A DNA stretch of 63,663 bases, filler included, from Globobulimina sp. (taxonomy: Eukaryota), in assembly GCA_003354225.1 (NCBI GenBank). It is 34 parts of 34 records of this genome, joined end to end, with 100 filler letters (N's around TTAATTAATTAA, not from the genome) between each part and the next. Parts side by side here need not be neighbours in the genome. Positions count along the whole stretch, not along the records: positions 58,142 to 59,915 come from PIVH01012098.1; positions 60,016 to 61,789 come from PIVH01012099.1; positions 61,890 to 63,663 come from PIVH01012100.1; 31 more parts are not named here. One strand, given 5' to 3'. A model generated the notes under the pieces. The model was not told the DNA's origin, made no database searches, and saw nothing but the letters and a program-made list of their open reading frames with translations. Both the position numbers and the translations under genes were made by a program. Positions 59,789 through 63,663 of the stretch are shown here, one piece after another (within the stretch, counting starts at the first letter, position 1; each line of letters starts with the position of its first letter).

Positions 59789-59914
59789 TGATTGGCAAGG
59801 TTTCTGGGTTAGTTAGAGTGGTTTTCAACCTAGTATTCGAACTTAACCTAGGTTTCGAATCCTAGTATTCAAAGTCGAAAACCCCTATAGCTAACCCAAA
59901 AACCTTGCCAATCA
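59789..59914. mobile_element. Hairpin / MITE-like element
   Basis: TGATTGGCAAGGTTTCTGGGTTAG ... CTAACCCAAAAACCTTGCCAATCA inverted repeat; internal CCTAGTATTC twice. Confidence 0.8.
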
Positions 59915-60015
59915 ANNNNNNNNNNNNNNNNNNNNNNNNNNNNNNNNNNNNNNNNNNNNTTAATTAATTAANNNNNNNNNNNNNNNNNNNNNNNNNNNNN
60001 NNNNNNNNNNNNNNN

Positions 60016-61789
60016 TACGGGCAAATGGCGGTACTTTAGATATTGGTTGTTCATCATTGGACACTTCAACCGCTCAATGTAACAATCCCGGCCTATGTGA
60101 CGTCGATCGAACAATTGACATTATAACGGACGCCAATATGCAGGGACAAATCAAATTATATTGGGCTGGTTATTTAAAACTTTGTAACGCCAAACTTAGT
60201 GAGATGAAATTTGGTGTAATCTCTGAATATTATGGTATGAATACTAGCATATTTATAGACAACTGCGAATTTCATGACATGCCCAATTATGCAATTTATA
60301 TCGTTCAAGGCTACGGTGCATATTTTGAATATCAACAAAGAAATAATCCATATCATATCATGGATACTAAATTCGTAAACTCTCAAAGAGCGATACATGC
60401 AATGGACGGATCCGTCCACGTTGAAAATTGTGTATTTGAAGGCATAATGGACCAAGGTTTGATAATAAAATTGTGACATACAACAGTTGCAAACCGTTAG
60501 TACTTTAACAAAAACAGGTTATGATTATGAAAGTATTTATATTGGCGATCCAGACTCCACTGTCAGTGATTGTGTATTTAATGGTAATTGGTACAATAGC
60601 TCTTCTCCAGAATTTACTGCGATTTCTTGGGATGGCTATGATGGATTAATCGAAAGAAACACATTCAATAATTGGCACATTGCAATTAGAGCCAACTCTA
60701 ATTTAACAATTATCAATAATGTGTTTAATAACAGCAATGAATGTGTGGTGCTTGAAGCTGAACGCGAACAACAAGTAATTCATGTGAATTATAATAATTT
60801 TTATAACAGTATTTGGAGTATTTTTTTATTGCGTGACGCCGATCAAGCAAATTGCAACCATAATTATTACGGCACGGCATCCAGTGATCAAACAGTTGTT
60901 TCCCAGCAGATATCTGATATTTGCAATGGAGGCTATCGAGGGTTGGTAACGTATTGGCCATGGTATACACAGCCAATTGATATTTCTGCTGATCCACCAT
61001 ATCCAACTACGTATTTAATCACATTGACAATGCAAACATTACTATGTTTAGGGCCGGATAATCATCCTTCGATAAGTGGGAATAAATTGGATGTCTTAGT
61101 TTACGAAGATATAACATTGAGTGCCCTGTCGACTTATTATATAGTTTATGATATTATTGCCACCGCACTGATAACTGTAGAAAATGGCGCAGAAATAATA
61201 TTTGCTGACAGTTATTTTTTAGATGTTCGAAATGGTGGAATATTGGATATGGGATGTAATGAATTGGATACTTTTAGTTATACAGCAAGAGGTAAAATGG
61301 GTGCAATATCTACAAATGTTCATTCCGTGGCAACATTAACTAACTATGGAACTCAGTTTTATATTGGTTCTGGCGGTGAAGCATCATTTTGTAATGTTTT
61401 CTTTCATGATTTATATGATGTAATTTATGTTTCGCAAAGTGCGAGTAAAGAATTGTTGGTTGATAATTGTGTGTTTGATGGCAATAGATATGATATATCA
61501 GTTTATCATGATGGTGAGCACAGTATTACAGATTCTGAGTTTTCTAACTCAGAGCAGTGTGTTTCTGGAAGCAATGCCCTTATTCACAATAACGCATTTT
61601 CCGCATTTGAAGATAACGCCCTTAGTGTTGGAAACTGCAATGTCACCAACAATTTAATAACGGATACTTTACAATTTAATAACGTAACATATTATTTATG
61701 GGAAACGTGTGTTTATTTATATGAAAATAATTGGTTTGAAGACAATGAGATCAATGGATGTTATTATGGCATTCGCTCTGCTACAAAAA
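60016..61789 (+). CDS. Right-handed beta-helix (pectin lyase fold, PbH1) repeat protein, partial; intron 60457-60517
   Basis: Repeated I(D/E)NC.F motifs; duplicated module NGG.LD(I/M)GC..LDT; the 61-nt intron joins the ORFs. Confidence 0.8.
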
Positions 61790-61913
61790 NNNNNNNNNNN
61801 NNNNNNNNNNNNNNNNNNNNNNNNNNNNNNNNNTTAATTAATTAANNNNNNNNNNNNNNNNNNNNNNNNNNNNNNNNNNNNNNNNNNNNTCGCCGAGCTG
61901 AACGAGCTGCTGA

Positions 61914-63320
61914 TCTAGACAAAGCCATGACGATGACCATTGCATCATTGACGAAGCAGGACAGTGCACAGAACCTGACATTCTAATCCCTTTGATCTAC
62001 GATATCGACAGTGTGGTCTTAGTGGGCGACCCGCAGCAATTACCAGCCACTGTATTCGCGCAGGGACCGTCTGCCTGGCTGTACGAGCGGAGCTTGTTTG
62101 AGCGGTTAATGAGCGCGGGATACCCGACGCATTTATTGGATACACAGTACAGAATGCATCCGGAGATCTCCTTCTTTCCCAACTTGCACTTTTACGGCGA
62201 CAAACTGAAAAATGGGCATAATGTGCTGGGGCCGAAGTATATGTTCAACTTCCATTCGCATGTCAGTGCGTTGTATAAACCGTTTCTGTTTTTCAACATT
62301 TCGGCTTCGAGCATGAAGTATGGCGCTGGAGGACATTCGCTGTATAATCGGGATGAGGTTGCTTTCATTACACAGCATTTGGAATCTTTTTATTCCGACA
62401 ATCAGTATACGGAAGTGAATGAGATGCAGATTGGGGTTATAACTCCGTACAAACAGCAGCAGAAAAAGATAATTGATGCGTTGCAGTCGAAACAATACAA
62501 TTTGTCGTCTAAGAATATTGAGGTGGCCACGGTCGATTTTTATCAAGGTCGGGAGAAGGACATTGTCTTTTTTTCCTGTGTGAGGGCAGGCGGTCAGAAT
62601 GGGATTGGCTTTTTGTCGGATATTCGAAGAATGAATGTGGCCATAACGAGGGCAAAGTACTCGTTGTGGATTGTGGGGAATAATATATCTTTGCAGAAGA
62701 ACCCGGATTGGAATGAGTTGATTAAACATGCAAAAAATAGAAAGTGTATGAAAATTATTAAGTATAACAAGCAAATGAAAAGGTATTATGCCGTTGGTAA
62801 TAAACGCGAGAATAAGATAGTTAGAATTCCGAGGCCTACGTTGTTAACAGATAATAATCTGAATAGACATAATCAGAATGGCAATAATCAAAATAGGCAT
62901 AATCAGAATAGGCACCATCAGAAGAATAATAATCAGAATATGCACAATCAGAACAGTAACAATCAAAATGGCAATAATCAGAATAGGCACAATCGTAATC
63001 ATAATCATAATAATCAGCATAGGCATAATCAGAACAGTGTCTCTGTTCCAATGATTATTGATTATGGAAATATGAATCACTTTAATCAGCATCGCAATCA
63101 TCATCATCACCATCTCCAACAACCACCGCCAGTACCACCGCAACAGCTGGCTCGTATAATAATGCCTCATCCACAATATATGCAACCACATATAATTATT
63201 CACCCGAACCACCCGAGAAATGTAATGCAACAACTCCAAATACAGCAGAATGATGCTATGATGATTGATTATACGCGGAATCAACCGAATCATGCAAACA
63301 GTTCCGCTTTTGATGATTAA
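61914..63320 (+). CDS. Sen1/senataxin-type SF1 helicase C-terminal half with N/Q/H-rich tail, 5' partial
   Basis: IIDEAGQCTE, VGDPQQLPATV, SLFERL, QYRMHPEI, GVITPY, EKDIVFFSCVRA, IGFLSDIRRMNVAITRAK. Confidence 0.9.
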   Translation, partial: SRQSHDDDHCIIDEAGQCTEPDILIPLIYDIDSVVLVGDPQQLPATVFAQGPSAWLYERSLFERLMSAGYPTHLLDTQYRMHPEISFFPNLHFYGDKLKNGHNVLGPKYMFNFHSHVSALYKPFLFFNISASSMKYGAGGHSLYNRDEVAFITQHLESFYSDNQYTEVNEMQIGVITPYKQQQKKIIDALQSKQYNLSSKNIEVATVDFYQGREKDIVFFSCVRAGGQNGIGFLSDIRRMNVAITRAKYSLWIVGNNISLQKNPDWNELIKHAKNRKCMKIIKYNKQMKRYYAVGNKRENKIVRIPRPTLLTDNNLNRHNQNGNNQNRHNQNRHHQKNNNQNMHNQNSNNQNGNNQNRHNRNHNHNNQHRHNQNSVSVPMIIDYGNMNHFNQHRNHHHHHLQQPPPVPPQQLARIIMPHPQYMQPHIIIHPNHPRNVMQQLQIQQNDAMMIDYTRNQPNHANSSAFDD

Positions 63321-63663
63321 TTCTATTCTTGTTTTCGACTCTTTTGTTTTTTTTTTCTGGCTGCGCTCATATTTGCTCGTGGTACACAAATCCATCCGTT
63401 TCTTGCAGTTTGAAGAAGAAGAATTTTTCACAGTTTTTCTTTGTGCTAAAATTATCTCGGTTCACGTTTGTTGCAAACGTAAGGGAAATAGTCGGTGTTA
63501 TCTCTCTGAATATATCGTTAACCTACTTCGCTCACTTGATGAAAACTTCAATATCTAAGTTCTCACGAGTTAGACTTTGCTAAACAGCACTATCAATTTA
63601 CTAAATTGAATTGCAACATTGGCAGAATTATTTAGCTGTTTTTTAGGCACCGCGGGGTTTAAA

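Noticed and set aside
60457-60517. Frameshift or pseudogene in the beta-helix gene
   Set aside because: A 61-nt GT-AG intron restores the frame
1778-61889. Regularly spaced TTAATTAATTAA motif as a CRISPR-like or biological repeat
   Set aside because: It is an artificial linker flanked by N runs; the spacing reflects length-sorted contigs
62133-63583. Antisense and overlapping ORFs (62133-62774, 62844-63431, 63265-63558 and similar ones elsewhere)
   Set aside because: Shadow ORFs of real genes or low-complexity sequence with no independent motifs
1-63663. Operon or gene-cluster interpretations across the window
   Set aside because: Contigs are unrelated and ordered only by length

Overview
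This window is not one locus. It is 34 unrelated contigs of 1,777 down to 1,774 bp, sorted by length and joined by 100-nt spacers (N44-TTAATTAATTAA-N44), so adjacency across a spacer means nothing and most genes are partial. The DNA is mostly from an AT-rich eukaryote using the standard code, with short GT-AG introns (52-97 nt in those I could resolve) and many pseudogenes. The gene content suggests a foraminiferan or other rhizarian protist, probably from amplified single-cell DNA (inference). At least one contig joins bacterial DNA (ubiM-like and CBS-domain genes) to eukaryotic DNA. Recognisable genes include SmG, sulfite oxidase, a sulfotransferase, BI-1/TMBIM, MSI/RBBP4-type WD40, GPALPP1, CLPTM1, a TLC-domain protein, an MFS transporter, a calmodulin-like light chain, a Sen1-like helicase, TM-RGS, a Cys-less pLGIC and a class C receptor ectodomain. 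The strongest leads are: (1) a RanBP2/NZF zinc-finger protein with 8 full and 1 partial tandem repeats, each resembling an eIF4E-binding module; (2) an LTR retrotransposon whose Gag has an N-terminal PB1 domain and a CCCH finger, with a PBS and a G_GAU_UUU -1 frameshift site; (3) an ADP-ribosyltransferase-like protein with an H-S-E triad; (4) an intron made largely of a TIR element; and (5) a structured, poly(A)-tailed non-coding element. All family calls are motif recognition by eye; no database searches were run.
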